Sequence record: KX397373.1
Direction: 5' to 3' (one strand)
DNA: 64,000 nt
Position numbers and translations under genes: made by a program. Shown here one piece after another: positions 48,898 through 57,965 of the stretch; position 1 is the first letter of the stretch; each line of letters starts with the position of its first letter. Under the pieces are notes generated by a model that did not search any database, was not told where the DNA came from, and worked only from the letters and a program-made list of their open reading frames with translations.

Positions 48898-49007
48898 TGG
48901 AAGTAGGCATTTTACTGGTACTGGGTTCCCTGTGGCTGATTGGTAAAGCCTGGGACTGGATTATCAAACATAAGGGATGGGCGTTCGATGGCAAAACGTC
49001 GCATTAA
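48897..49007 (+). CDS. 36-aa membrane peptide (MEVGILLVLGSLWLIGKAWDWIIKHKGWAFDGKTSH)
   Basis: TAATG overlap with the upstream stop, GGGG RBS. Translated by hand. Confidence 0.45.
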   Translation: MEVGILLVLGSLWLIGKAWDWIIKHKGWAFDGKTSH

Positions 49008-49200
49008 GTCTAAGCTGAAGATGGGTGTATTGTTGTCTTTGCATGTATTGGTGGTAGCCGGTGTTTTGTTTGCGGATGCTACCCCTATCATGTGGCTGTT
49101 TATTTTCCTCATCTTCATCGAAGGAATTTATGTCGGCCGCTTGACAACACGACCACCCTTATTGCGTGACCCGGCTTACGATAACCGGGAGACAGCATGA
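48988..49200 (+). CDS. Small two-TM membrane protein
   Basis: Basic N-terminus followed by two hydrophobic segments. Confidence 0.55.
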   Translation: MAKRRIKSKLKMGVLLSLHVLVVAGVLFADATPIMWLFIFLIFIEGIYVGRLTTRPPLLRDPAYDNRETA

Positions 49201-49304
49201 TCCGTGTACTCGGGCTGTTGTTTAAAGTGGCGCTCCTCGCGGGCGTCGCCGTCGTATGTGGTGTAGTTGGGGCAGTCACTGCACTTACGCAGGGCTGGTT
49301 TTAG
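49197..49304 (+). CDS. 35-aa hydrophobic peptide (MIRVLGLLFKVALLAGVAVVCGVVGAVTALTQGWF)
   Basis: ATGA overlap, GGAG RBS. Translated by hand. Confidence 0.45.
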   Translation: MIRVLGLLFKVALLAGVAVVCGVVGAVTALTQGWF

Positions 49305-49351
49305 CGAAAGGGGTTTTAAATGCGAGGTGTAACATGTAATACCCGGAAATT

Positions 49352-49621
49352 GTGCAGCTTAACGATTTCGATGGCAAGCGGGGTGCGATAATGGGAGAAC
49401 CCAAACGGACACTAACTGCTTGTATTATTGCAGTGCTTCAGCGGAACTTCGAGGGTTCCACATCACAGTTTGCGGATGAAGCTGCTGAATGTGGTCTTGA
49501 TGATGAACCTGAGGTTTCACGTCCAGTAGAAGAGAATTGGCGTGGTAGCCGCGTGCGACAGGCGAATATCGCGCGCACTAAGGCTACAACCAAACGGCTT
49601 TGGCGACCCCAACGTCGTTGA
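49352..49621 (+). CDS. Hypothetical protein (start uncertain)
   Basis: ORF track entry; acidic then basic composition. Confidence 0.4.
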   Translation: MQLNDFDGKRGAIMGEPKRTLTACIIAVLQRNFEGSTSQFADEAAECGLDDEPEVSRPVEENWRGSRVRQANIARTKATTKRLWRPQRR

Positions 49622-49788
49622 GATACTATCCCAGCAGAGGAAGATCTCACACCTGCACTAAAAGTATTAAAGTTATCTGCGTTATACCCAGAGTACACTT
49701 TGACTAATTACACAACTTTTCTTTCGTTATCATACTCCGTTTAATCCGCGTGGTGGATTTAAACGAGAATACTTAGGAACCGAAATCC

Positions 49789-50280
49789 ATGACCGAAATC
49801 GTAATTCTTTCATCCTCCTCCGATTTTTCGGAAGCCGCTAAAAAGCAGTTGTTGGCACTGCACTACAAGTTCCTGAATCATCAGCGCAACACTTTACATA
49901 TCGACAAAGCCGTCGTTCCGGAATTGTCAATTGAAAAGCTGATGGCGGGTAACCGTGTAGCGGTGGCAATGGAGTCAGGCAGCCCGGTGGGTTACTGTCT
50001 CTACCGTATCATCGGTGGGGTGTTAAAGATTCGTACGATGTTTGTCAGTGAAGCCTATCGTCGTCGTGGCTTCATGACGCAAATCCTCGATGCCCTGGGC
50101 AGCAAAGAGACGTTCCACCGCATTCATGCGGGCGTGTTTGCCAAAGAAGAACCAGCGGTCACGTTCTTCAAAGCACGCGACTTCAACTGCGTACCCAGTC
50201 GTGACGGGGATTGGTTAGAAGTAGATAAATTCATCATCTCTGATGAAATTAAAGCTGAAGGCACTTTAGCCGTAGCTTGA
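49789..50280 (+). CDS. GNAT-family acetyltransferase
   Basis: VGYC; IRTMFVSEAYRRRGFMTQIL (motif A, R.RG); A..FF...DF. Confidence 0.8.
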   Translation: MTEIVILSSSSDFSEAAKKQLLALHYKFLNHQRNTLHIDKAVVPELSIEKLMAGNRVAVAMESGSPVGYCLYRIIGGVLKIRTMFVSEAYRRRGFMTQILDALGSKETFHRIHAGVFAKEEPAVTFFKARDFNCVPSRDGDWLEVDKFIISDEIKAEGTLAVA

Positions 50281-50349
50281 TAACACAGCTCTCCTTTCGT
50301 ATAGATATCCCCCGATAACCGTGGGAATTTTACGTTAGGAGAGCTATTT

Positions 50350-50679
50350 ATGTTAAACCGTCCTCATGTACCTGGCATCGACTCTAACGTTTGTTGGTCG
50401 GAATATGCGCGGGTCGTTCCGTTCCTTCAAGAGGCTAAAATGAAAGCGCCTGTTCACGTTAACGTCGGCACCATTGGTCACGTTGACCATTCCCGTTCTG
50501 CGGTCTCTGCTTGCGTCGGTGGGGCATTGGGTACACTCCCAACGGCTAACCCGTTTGAGTTCCGCCCATTACACAGCCAACCGCTTGTGCTGATTCATGC
50601 CAGTGAAATGGATAACTTGCTCTCCATGCTGGAAAACGGGATGTCCCTGCACGTCGAGGTACACCACCCCGTAGAGTAA
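50350..50679 (+). CDS. Small protein containing an EF-Tu G1-region sequence
   Basis: AGGAG RBS; HVNVGTIGHVDH at 50455-50490. Confidence 0.7.
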   Translation: MLNRPHVPGIDSNVCWSEYARVVPFLQEAKMKAPVHVNVGTIGHVDHSRSAVSACVGGALGTLPTANPFEFRPLHSQPLVLIHASEMDNLLSMLENGMSLHVEVHHPVE

Positions 50680-50704
50680 CCGCCGTACCCTAAAGGATAA
50701 TGTA

Positions 50705-51265
50705 ATGGATAAATTAGTAATCGGTAATACAATGCGTTCTGCTGTGTCAACTGGTGCTAAACACCGTTTTGGGGATAGCGAGCCTGCTGTACGCATCCCT
50801 TACAAACGTTTATTTGCACTCCAGAAAGCCGACATGCTGCCTGGTGACTTCAATGGGCGTGGCATGACCCGTTCGCTGCTTACTGAATCACTGATGCGAA
50901 TGGAAGAAGAACAAAACCACGACCCGTCACTGATTAAGGCGTTGCAATGGCACAGCCTGCTGATTAACCGCGATCGCGTGAACAGTACCCCAGTAAACGC
51001 GTGCAGTCACTTACTGGGGTTAACCCCATCAATCCAAATCGCCCTTATCAAACCACGATACTGGCGTCCGGCTTTGATACGTGAAGCGTACCTGCTGGAG
51101 CGCTGCAAGGTTGACCCGCAGAAAGTCTGGCGCAAGATGGATGATCACACCTACCGCGAAGAAATTACACATTCACTTAATCTTTTGTTAGCCCTCCGCC
51201 GTCAAGGTATCCATCACGAGGGTTTTGAATCCGCGATGAGTACCTGGCTGAGGAAGCACAAATGA
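50705..51265 (+). CDS. Hypothetical protein
   Basis: 186 aa, AAGGA RBS. Confidence 0.65.
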   Translation: MDKLVIGNTMRSAVSTGAKHRFGDSEPAVRIPYKRLFALQKADMLPGDFNGRGMTRSLLTESLMRMEEEQNHDPSLIKALQWHSLLINRDRVNSTPVNACSHLLGLTPSIQIALIKPRYWRPALIREAYLLERCKVDPQKVWRKMDDHTYREEITHSLNLLLALRRQGIHHEGFESAMSTWLRKHK

Positions 51266-51453
51266 GTGGCGAAGCAGAAGTTGTTGAGTTAGTGGAAGAT
51301 GGTCGTTTGGTTGGCTTTTACTTTCCGCCAACCGAAGAAGAGAAGCGCATCCATCAATCGTGGTTGGTTACCAATATGAAACCCAACCCAGCGATGGACT
51401 GTATTGCAGTGACACTGCCAGGGAACAGTCCCTGGGGTTGGGGGAAGTGGTAA
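51262..51453 (+). CDS. Hypothetical protein
   Basis: ATGA overlap, GAGGA RBS. Confidence 0.55.
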   Translation: MSGEAEVVELVEDGRLVGFYFPPTEEEKRIHQSWLVTNMKPNPAMDCIAVTLPGNSPWGWGKW

Positions 51454-51893
51454 TGAGTGAGAAGCCTTATACCGGCACGGTCGTGCGTATCGGTGAAACG
51501 ATTTCAGTAGTGGATGCCTACGGTAACCCGGTGGCTGAACTGGTTGTTCCGACACTCGATGAGTTTCGTAATTCAGAACCTATCGGTGGTCGGGTAGTCA
51601 TCTTCTTTAAAGGATTAATCCGTAAAGCGGGTTTACGTCCGGACGGTGTGCCGGGTGAAGTATTGGCAGAGTTTCGTCAACGTTATAAAGAGTTAGGGTT
51701 GTCGTTGGGGGAAGTTACCCAATACCGTCCCAATCCTCACGATTTGGCCATGATTGGCTGGAAAGTGGGTGAGTATCGCGGAACCCTGCCTCGTGTCGCC
51801 GATGGGCTTCGTCGTGACATCTATTTTGCGAAACCTACGGGCGCACCATTTACGACTCTGTTCACGCACCGTGATGTGGAGTACGAAAAATGA
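51453..51893 (+). CDS. Hypothetical protein
   Basis: TAATG overlap; start at MSEKPY. Confidence 0.65.
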   Translation: MSEKPYTGTVVRIGETISVVDAYGNPVAELVVPTLDEFRNSEPIGGRVVIFFKGLIRKAGLRPDGVPGEVLAEFRQRYKELGLSLGEVTQYRPNPHDLAMIGWKVGEYRGTLPRVADGLRRDIYFAKPTGAPFTTLFTHRDVEYEK

Positions 51894-52192
51894 CAGTGGG
51901 GTACCTTCGTCTAAAAAGCGGGTACGTTGAAGCCCCACGTACCTGGAATCGTCGGACTACGATAGCGGCGCTGGTACACATGGCCTGCGGGTACCCTAAG
52001 CGGATACCGACTGAGCCGGAGTTTATTCCGAATGTGCCGGAAGAGGTTTCAGCCTTACGCCAGGCCGTCTTAGATCGTATCTGTGAAACGGTTGAGCACA
52101 TCGCCCAATCTGCATGGGCACAAATCGCTCAGGAGAGCATTGATGTCACTCGAACTGATAGACGAGGCCGTTATCTCCGCAGACCTGTTTAA
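51890..52192 (+). CDS. Hypothetical protein
   Basis: ATGA overlap, GGAG RBS. Confidence 0.55.
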   Translation: MTVGYLRLKSGYVEAPRTWNRRTTIAALVHMACGYPKRIPTEPEFIPNVPEEVSALRQAVLDRICETVEHIAQSAWAQIAQESIDVTRTDRRGRYLRRPV

Positions 52193-52643
52193 CGCGCCTG
52201 AGCGCTTCAAGGTCGTCACGGTAAACTGTGTGGGTGCAATGGGTGCGGGGATAGCGTTGGCCTGTAAGGAACGCTTCCCTGAGCTTTATCAGCACTACCG
52301 CAAACGGTGCTATGCCGGTGAGATTGTGGTCGGTAAGGTGTACCTTTATTCCGATGAAGGAATCATACTCCTGCCGACCAAGACCCACTTTAAGTACAAA
52401 TCTCAGGTTTCTTATGTTACTACCGGCGTTACGGCGTTGGCAGAACAAGGCGAAGACTTAGAAGGTGGCATTGCAGTCCCTCCTTTGGGGATGGCACACG
52501 GCTGGCTAAGCTTTAATGAACGGTGGGGTATTTACCAACACCTTCACAAGCGACTACACACCACGGAGCAACAGTATCGACTATACCTACCAGCAAAACT
52601 ATTAGCGGAAGCCGCAAGAGCTATCCCAAACGCTTTGAAATAG
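52143..52643 (+). CDS. Macro-domain protein (DarG/TARG1-like ADP-ribosylglycohydrolase)
   Basis: AGGAG RBS before ATG 52143. DLF...V.TVNCVGAMGAGIALA.KERFP...I.L.PTK.H...S....IAVPPLG...G.L. Confidence 0.85.
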   Translation: MSLELIDEAVISADLFNAPERFKVVTVNCVGAMGAGIALACKERFPELYQHYRKRCYAGEIVVGKVYLYSDEGIILLPTKTHFKYKSQVSYVTTGVTALAEQGEDLEGGIAVPPLGMAHGWLSFNERWGIYQHLHKRLHTTEQQYRLYLPAKLLAEAARAIPNALK

Positions 52644-52744
52644 ATATTATTAATTGGGCACGTAACAAAGGAGACTGAGCTGTCCGCGCCGTGATTCTAA
52701 TTCGAGAATACGGAAAAGTAATATAATTCCAACGGAGAACCGTC

Positions 52745-53461
52745 ATGTTTCGTCTTATTCTAACTTTGCTGGTAGTAGCTGTGTCGTTCAACACCCACGC
52801 ATCTTATCAGTCTTCGAGTACCAAGCAGCAAAAGGAATTCAAACTCATCGAGCAGCGCTTTGAGAAAGTCAGGCCGCTCATCGTTAAGGTAGCCAAAGAG
52901 CAGGGCGTCCACGCAGGCACACTGACCACGACCATCTACCGTGAATCCAAGTTCGACGTCAACGTCGGCAAAAATAAAAAGAGTAGCGCCCACAGCCTCG
53001 TGCAGATGACCATGCCGACGAAGCGTTACGTGCTTAAACTTTACGGAAGCCAACTGGGCATTCCGAAGAATGCGGATTTGAATAATCCGAAGTACGCTGT
53101 GATGTTAGCAGCAGCTTACTTTAACCACATCGAGGATCACCTGACCAAACAACTCAAACGCAAGCCGACTAATGCCGAAGTTGCCCTCGGTTATCGTTTC
53201 GGTGAAGGTGCCGCGGTCGCGATGATTAAAAAGAAATCATCTTCGGGTAAACGCTGGATGGCCAGCTTCCGTAAAGACGCCGCCTTCTATGGAGCCAAAG
53301 TGACTCCACCGAAAGTTATCGAAACACATCAGCTTGCTTTTGCGGAGAAGAAACCTGCTGTCAACGTAGCAGAGTTGCAGAGTATCTGGAACAACTTATA
53401 CAAACCCGCCGTTAACACACTCGTGGCGTTTAACGGCAACCTTAAAGGAGCATCGCTTTGA
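52745..53461 (+). CDS. SLT-family lytic transglycosylase with an N-terminal signal/anchor
   Basis: IYRESKFD (catalytic Glu), SAHSLVQM..T..Y, DL.NP...MLAAAY; hydrophobic N-terminus. Confidence 0.75.
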   Translation: MFRLILTLLVVAVSFNTHASYQSSSTKQQKEFKLIEQRFEKVRPLIVKVAKEQGVHAGTLTTTIYRESKFDVNVGKNKKSSAHSLVQMTMPTKRYVLKLYGSQLGIPKNADLNNPKYAVMLAAAYFNHIEDHLTKQLKRKPTNAEVALGYRFGEGAAVAMIKKKSSSGKRWMASFRKDAAFYGAKVTPPKVIETHQLAFAEKKPAVNVAELQSIWNNLYKPAVNTLVAFNGNLKGASL

Positions 53462-54036
53462 CAATTGTTACGCGCCCGTGGTACGACGGTTTCAAACGTG
53501 CTGCACAACTTACCGCCGAAGACGCTTTCACGTTGCTGAAAGCCGGTGCGGAGAGCGTGCAGACCAATCCCGATTACGTTGAGCCACCAGAAGGTGAAGA
53601 ACCTGCGGTGCAGCCGACGTACGTGGATTATAATGAGTGGTTCGCGACCAACCATGAATTCTACGACGCCCTGAACTCTGCGTTCGGTGACGATGAAGAC
53701 GAAGGTCTGGAGTTCGACTGGAACATCAACCTGGCGCTGCTGTGGATTCTGGGCTTACGTCCTCACATCGACGATACCGAAGCCGGTCACGTACTGACCT
53801 GGCGTCCGGTAGCCGGTTATAACCGTGAGCAGACGTTTAAAGAAGCGTACATGGCTGTCACGGTTGAACTGCAAACGATGTGGTTCGGTGACAGCGAATA
53901 CTGCCAGCGTTCTTTCCTGACCATTCTGGAAAAGCTTGGCCGTTGCCACAAGCTGTGGCGTTCGGAAACTGCACCGGAGCATCTGTTTGTGTTGGAATAC
54001 GCTGTGATTCCAAACGAACCGTTCTTCGATAAGTAA
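53458..54036 (+). CDS. Acidic hypothetical protein
   Basis: 192 aa, AAGGAG RBS, TTG start overlapping the upstream stop. Confidence 0.65.
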   Translation: MTIVTRPWYDGFKRAAQLTAEDAFTLLKAGAESVQTNPDYVEPPEGEEPAVQPTYVDYNEWFATNHEFYDALNSAFGDDEDEGLEFDWNINLALLWILGLRPHIDDTEAGHVLTWRPVAGYNREQTFKEAYMAVTVELQTMWFGDSEYCQRSFLTILEKLGRCHKLWRSETAPEHLFVLEYAVIPNEPFFDK

Positions 54037-54041
54037 TATCC

Positions 54042-54076
54042 ACCCCTACCCATTGTGGTAGGGGTTCTCTTATTTT
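54042..54076 (+). terminator. Intrinsic terminator
   Basis: ACCCCTACC / GGTAGGGGT followed by a T-rich tail. Confidence 0.7.
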
Positions 54077-54151
54077 AATCGCATCAACAGCTTAATATTT
54101 ACAAACCAACCACTTAATCTGAATAAACCAATCCCACTTAAGGATAATGTG

Positions 54152-55378
54152 ATGAAATTCCCAATTACCGTACTGAACGATTTAGCCAAGAAACTGCGTA
54201 GCCGTGAAGTGTCCGCACGCAACCCGGAACTGACTGCCTACACCAACGCACTGATTCATCAGAATCATGCAGGTGACAACCCGCTGGTATCCTCTGACTT
54301 CACCCAGGAGCAGTTCGCGTTACTGGCGGGCGAAGGTGATTTCGAATATTATTTCCCACTGCCGTATGCACGTACGCATGTCTGCGAGCCTTCAAATTCA
54401 CTCCAGTTCAACGATCTGCCGCCGATTGTGTTGGGGCCGTTCGCCGATTTCTTCGGCCTGGGTGGTTATACCGGCCCACGCTGGTCTATCGTAGCGCAGG
54501 GCGACGACGGTAAATATTACCTGCTGGCGTCAGAAGACGAACACGCCTTTGAGCCAGGTGTACTGATCCGTGAAGCAACAACACCTAACGCAGATGTGCG
54601 TGTGGGACATGCACACATTTACGGTGCCCACGTTGTTTACGAAGTGAAAAACTGGAACGCCGCGGCGCTCATCCTGGGTGACAACCAGAACCCTGGTGTG
54701 GAAATCACCCGCCATCGCGCGCCTTTGGCCATGATGGGGATGGATCTGTCTGATGCCGGTGGTGATGACACCGCCGATGCGGCTGGCACTGGTGATGACC
54801 GTGATTACGCACCGCGTGAAGAGTGTGAGCGTATCGCGAACATCGACTTCACGAAACTCTTCTCTGTGGGCCAGTCGGGTAACGCTAAACTGTTGCCGTT
54901 CACCATCAGTGGCGAAACCTCTTGGCAGGACTTTGTTCAGTATTGCGAACAGAACCTGCTGAACCACTGGGACTTCACGCTGAAACTTCCGTTCCCGGAA
55001 GACGACGGTGATGCTGCCGATTTCGGTGTAAAGGCCAACGGTAGTTTCACTAGCGCCGAGACAAAACGTGACCAGCCACTGATTCTGGAAACGTTGCACG
55101 ACATCGAACGCACCTTCGTGGCTGACGAAGTGTTCGAAGCACTGAACCTGAAAATCGATGCAGCCACACCACCTATCTCTGTGGCGGGTATCATCGGTCG
55201 TCTGATGACCATCGAAGACGAAACGGTTGAAGTTCACCTGAACGAAGACGAGATGCAGGCTCAGGCGAAAGTCATGAAAGTGCTGAACGTTGAAGCGATT
55301 GTGAAAGAAGTGATCGCGCTGCCGAAGTCTAAGCGTACGCCTAAGAACATCAAGGCCATCGCTGTAAACTACGCGTAA
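54152..55378 (+). CDS. Acidic hypothetical protein
   Basis: About 408 aa, TAAGGA RBS, followed by a strong terminator. Confidence 0.7.
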   Translation: MKFPITVLNDLAKKLRSREVSARNPELTAYTNALIHQNHAGDNPLVSSDFTQEQFALLAGEGDFEYYFPLPYARTHVCEPSNSLQFNDLPPIVLGPFADFFGLGGYTGPRWSIVAQGDDGKYYLLASEDEHAFEPGVLIREATTPNADVRVGHAHIYGAHVVYEVKNWNAAALILGDNQNPGVEITRHRAPLAMMGMDLSDAGGDDTADAAGTGDDRDYAPREECERIANIDFTKLFSVGQSGNAKLLPFTISGETSWQDFVQYCEQNLLNHWDFTLKLPFPEDDGDAADFGVKANGSFTSAETKRDQPLILETLHDIERTFVADEVFEALNLKIDAATPPISVAGIIGRLMTIEDETVEVHLNEDEMQAQAKVMKVLNVEAIVKEVIALPKSKRTPKNIKAIAVNYA

Positions 55379-55380
55379 GC

Positions 55381-55435
55381 AAATAAAATAAAGGCTACCT
55401 ACTCCTTCGGGAGTAGGTAGTTCTTTTTTTCTTTT
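55381..55435. terminator. Bidirectional terminator (UUCG loop)
   Basis: A-run, CTACCTACTCC-TTCG-GGAGTAGGTAG, T-run, between convergent genes. Confidence 0.9.
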
Positions 55436-56057
55436 AATTCGCTAACCCGTTGGCTTGCAGAATTTCCAACATCGCCGCATTGAGTGCTTTGAGTTTGGCA
55501 TTCTCCTGCTGGGCGGAAACCAACTGCTCAGAAACCGGTGTGGTATTACGAATCTTCGCTTTACGTACCGCCTCCATTTGCAAGTGATTCTCCTCAGTCA
55601 CTGTCCCTTCATAATCCATTGACGTGATATCAATAATCGGGTCAATGCCTAAGCCTGCGGTGATGATGTTCTTCACATCTTCCGAGATGGTCGTTGGGTC
55701 GACATAACTCGGAATGAAAGCCAGGTCAATCACCATGACATTACGCTTGTACTCTAAGCCATTAATCCCTGGGTACGACTCGATGTACGTATCCGGAATA
55801 TAGACGACTTGACCGTCACGCGATTTCAGGGTAAGAATCGACCCGCCAACATTCGCATCCGCCAGGTATGCTTCCCGTCCTAAACCAACAGGCAGGTAAT
55901 ACTTGTTGTAGACGTCTTCTTTCCGGTCAACCAGCTCAGGGAAGGTACGCACTGCTTCGACGGTATAGATAACGTCTTCGGCAATGGCGAACGGTTCCTT
56001 GACCTTGAACAGACCGGTAGTGTTAACGGTAACGACAACCGGTAATAACGTGGCCAT
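55434..56057 (-). CDS. Probable virion structural protein
   Basis: 207 aa, AAGGAG RBS, C-terminal coiled coil; co-oriented with 56067. Confidence 0.55.
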   Translation of the reverse strand: MATLLPVVVTVNTTGLFKVKEPFAIAEDVIYTVEAVRTFPELVDRKEDVYNKYYLPVGLGREAYLADANVGGSILTLKSRDGQVVYIPDTYIESYPGINGLEYKRNVMVIDLAFIPSYVDPTTISEDVKNIITAGLGIDPIIDITSMDYEGTVTEENHLQMEAVRKAKIRNTTPVSEQLVSAQQENAKLKALNAAMLEILQANGLAN

Positions 56058-56066
56058 TTAATCTCC

Positions 56067-57446
56067 TTACGGTGTTGTGTCTTCCCACACCGCTTTACGG
56101 GCAAGCACACGGTACTCAACGTTGTCGTACTCGAACACGTAGAAGTAAATCTCCGGGTTCGCATCATCGACCAGTTTCACGATGTCCAAATCTGTCTGAT
56201 ACGGATGGTACTCTTCGGCCGCGATTAACGCTTTGAAGAACAACTCGTACCATTCGGTGGTTGCTTTTGACATCCGGGCAATGTCCGGGTTGGTCGTGGC
56301 AATCAACGCATAGTCAGGAATGGTTTCGTGCAACGTGGCTTTGCGTGTGTCGTTTTCAGGGCCAGAAATAACCACACCATTTAACGACTTATAGATGCTC
56401 GGCAAGTCCGTCACGTCAGTAGTGGGTTTCGGAATCACACCACTATTTTTGTCGGAAACCGTCAGTGCCTCCCACTCCCCAAACTTGCTGATTGCTTTGA
56501 CCCAGAAATCATATGGGAGGATGGGGGAGTATTGCGCTGCGATATCTTCCTCGTTCGGGATACCGCGGATTTTCCAGCCCGGCACGATAGTGAATTTCGT
56601 GGTGGTGAAAATCTCGGGAAACACTTTAACGCCGAGTGGCACTGTAAAACTGGAGTTCGCTAAAATGTAATCACGTAACGCTTGTTTAATGCGGCTAGGG
56701 TTCTTCCCAGCGCGACCATAGATGATGACCGACATCGGAATAATCAGTGTCGCTTCATAATCTTCCTGGTCATGCCACGTATAATAATTCGTCTGAATAT
56801 TGGTATACGGGAAGCCGTCCATAAGCTCATTAATCTTCTTATGGTGATCGGAAAGGTTAAAACTTTCCATCGCTTTTTCGACTACTGACTTCACAGCTAA
56901 AAACGTATCGACCGGTAAAATCGGCATTTGGACTTCAATCTCAAAGCCGGTATAGTTCTGATCGAAATCTTCATCAGCAAACCAAACAATGATTTGGTTA
57001 CTAACGTCGGTTGGGTCTTGCAGTTTACCTGCCGTCGTTTCCAGTTTCCAACTGACCCAGCGTGGGAACCAGTTGCTATTCGTCTGGACCATCGCCCCAG
57101 ACTGAACACCGCTGATGGTGTTTTGGAACTGTCCAACCAGCAGTCGCTGGAATTCGATTTCATCGTTCTTCAAATTACCCAGGATGGCTTGATTGTAAAT
57201 CCACTGGGTAACAGTAAGAATGTGGTCGGAAAACTCGGACGGCACCACAACCGTCGCTTCATCTCGCTTAGAAGTAAACGTGACCAACTCCACCTGCAAA
57301 TTGGATTTCGCAAACGTTTGTTTACTCTTAGCGTAGGATTTTGTCAGTTCGGACAGCTCACCCACCGGAGCGGTGACGCCGTCCACGTTGTCAAACAGAG
57401 CCGGTATCTGAATAAAGCCTTGTAAATCTAACATAATTAAAAACAC
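56067..57446 (-). CDS. Probable virion structural protein
   Basis: 459 aa; likely start at the second Met (MLDLQG); orientation opposite to the flanking early genes. Confidence 0.55.
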   Translation of the reverse strand: MFLIMLDLQGFIQIPALFDNVDGVTAPVGELSELTKSYAKSKQTFAKSNLQVELVTFTSKRDEATVVVPSEFSDHILTVTQWIYNQAILGNLKNDEIEFQRLLVGQFQNTISGVQSGAMVQTNSNWFPRWVSWKLETTAGKLQDPTDVSNQIIVWFADEDFDQNYTGFEIEVQMPILPVDTFLAVKSVVEKAMESFNLSDHHKKINELMDGFPYTNIQTNYYTWHDQEDYEATLIIPMSVIIYGRAGKNPSRIKQALRDYILANSSFTVPLGVKVFPEIFTTTKFTIVPGWKIRGIPNEEDIAAQYSPILPYDFWVKAISKFGEWEALTVSDKNSGVIPKPTTDVTDLPSIYKSLNGVVISGPENDTRKATLHETIPDYALIATTNPDIARMSKATTEWYELFFKALIAAEEYHPYQTDLDIVKLVDDANPEIYFYVFEYDNVEYRVLARKAVWEDTTP

Positions 57447-57452
57447 TCCGAG

Positions 57453-57956
57453 GTGAGCATGATAGCATCGTTTATCAAACTGCTTCCATTCTTGCAGATG
57501 CTATTGGAAGCTTTTAAACCGGGAGAAGGAGAGCAGGTCACCCGAGCTGGCAAAATTCTGACACTTGTTATCGTGGCACTTATTGCTTTTTCAGGCTTTG
57601 TCTCCTATGCCTATGTGGTTCAGTACCATGCACTAATCAGTGTGCAATCACATGATCAATACCTGGATTTGTCGTACAAAGAGTTAAAAGAGAAAGCGGA
57701 CAAGCTCGGTGAGGAAAATGCCAAGCTGTACGACAGACTCTTTACCTGTCTTGGGCAAAGGCCGCCATATGAAGGCGACCATGCCAAGGATGAACCTGAG
57801 AAAAAACCAGAAGTGCCCGTAGCACCGACGGTTCCGGAAACGCCGGTCCACGCGGCTACACCTCCGGTTAAGAAGCAACAGGCGGCACAGCGTCCCGTGG
57901 GAGTACAAGACGCGAACGAGTTCCGCCAAGAGATTCTTAGAACCCTCAATCAGTAG
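57453..57956 (+). CDS. Inner-membrane protein with coiled coil (i-spanin/Rz-like candidate)
   Basis: TM segment ILTLVIVALIAFSGFVSYAYVV, coiled coil with one Cys, Pro-rich linker. Confidence 0.5.
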   Translation: MSMIASFIKLLPFLQMLLEAFKPGEGEQVTRAGKILTLVIVALIAFSGFVSYAYVVQYHALISVQSHDQYLDLSYKELKEKADKLGEENAKLYDRLFTCLGQRPPYEGDHAKDEPEKKPEVPVAPTVPETPVHAATPPVKKQQAAQRPVGVQDANEFRQEILRTLNQ

Positions 57957-57965
57957 GAGTCAACG

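Noticed and set aside
50350-50679. Calling this gene tuf
   Set aside because: Only 12 residues match, the P-loop GKT is absent, and the ORF is 109 aa.
54530-55237. Minus-strand 235-aa ORF
   Set aside because: Antisense shadow of 54152-55378.
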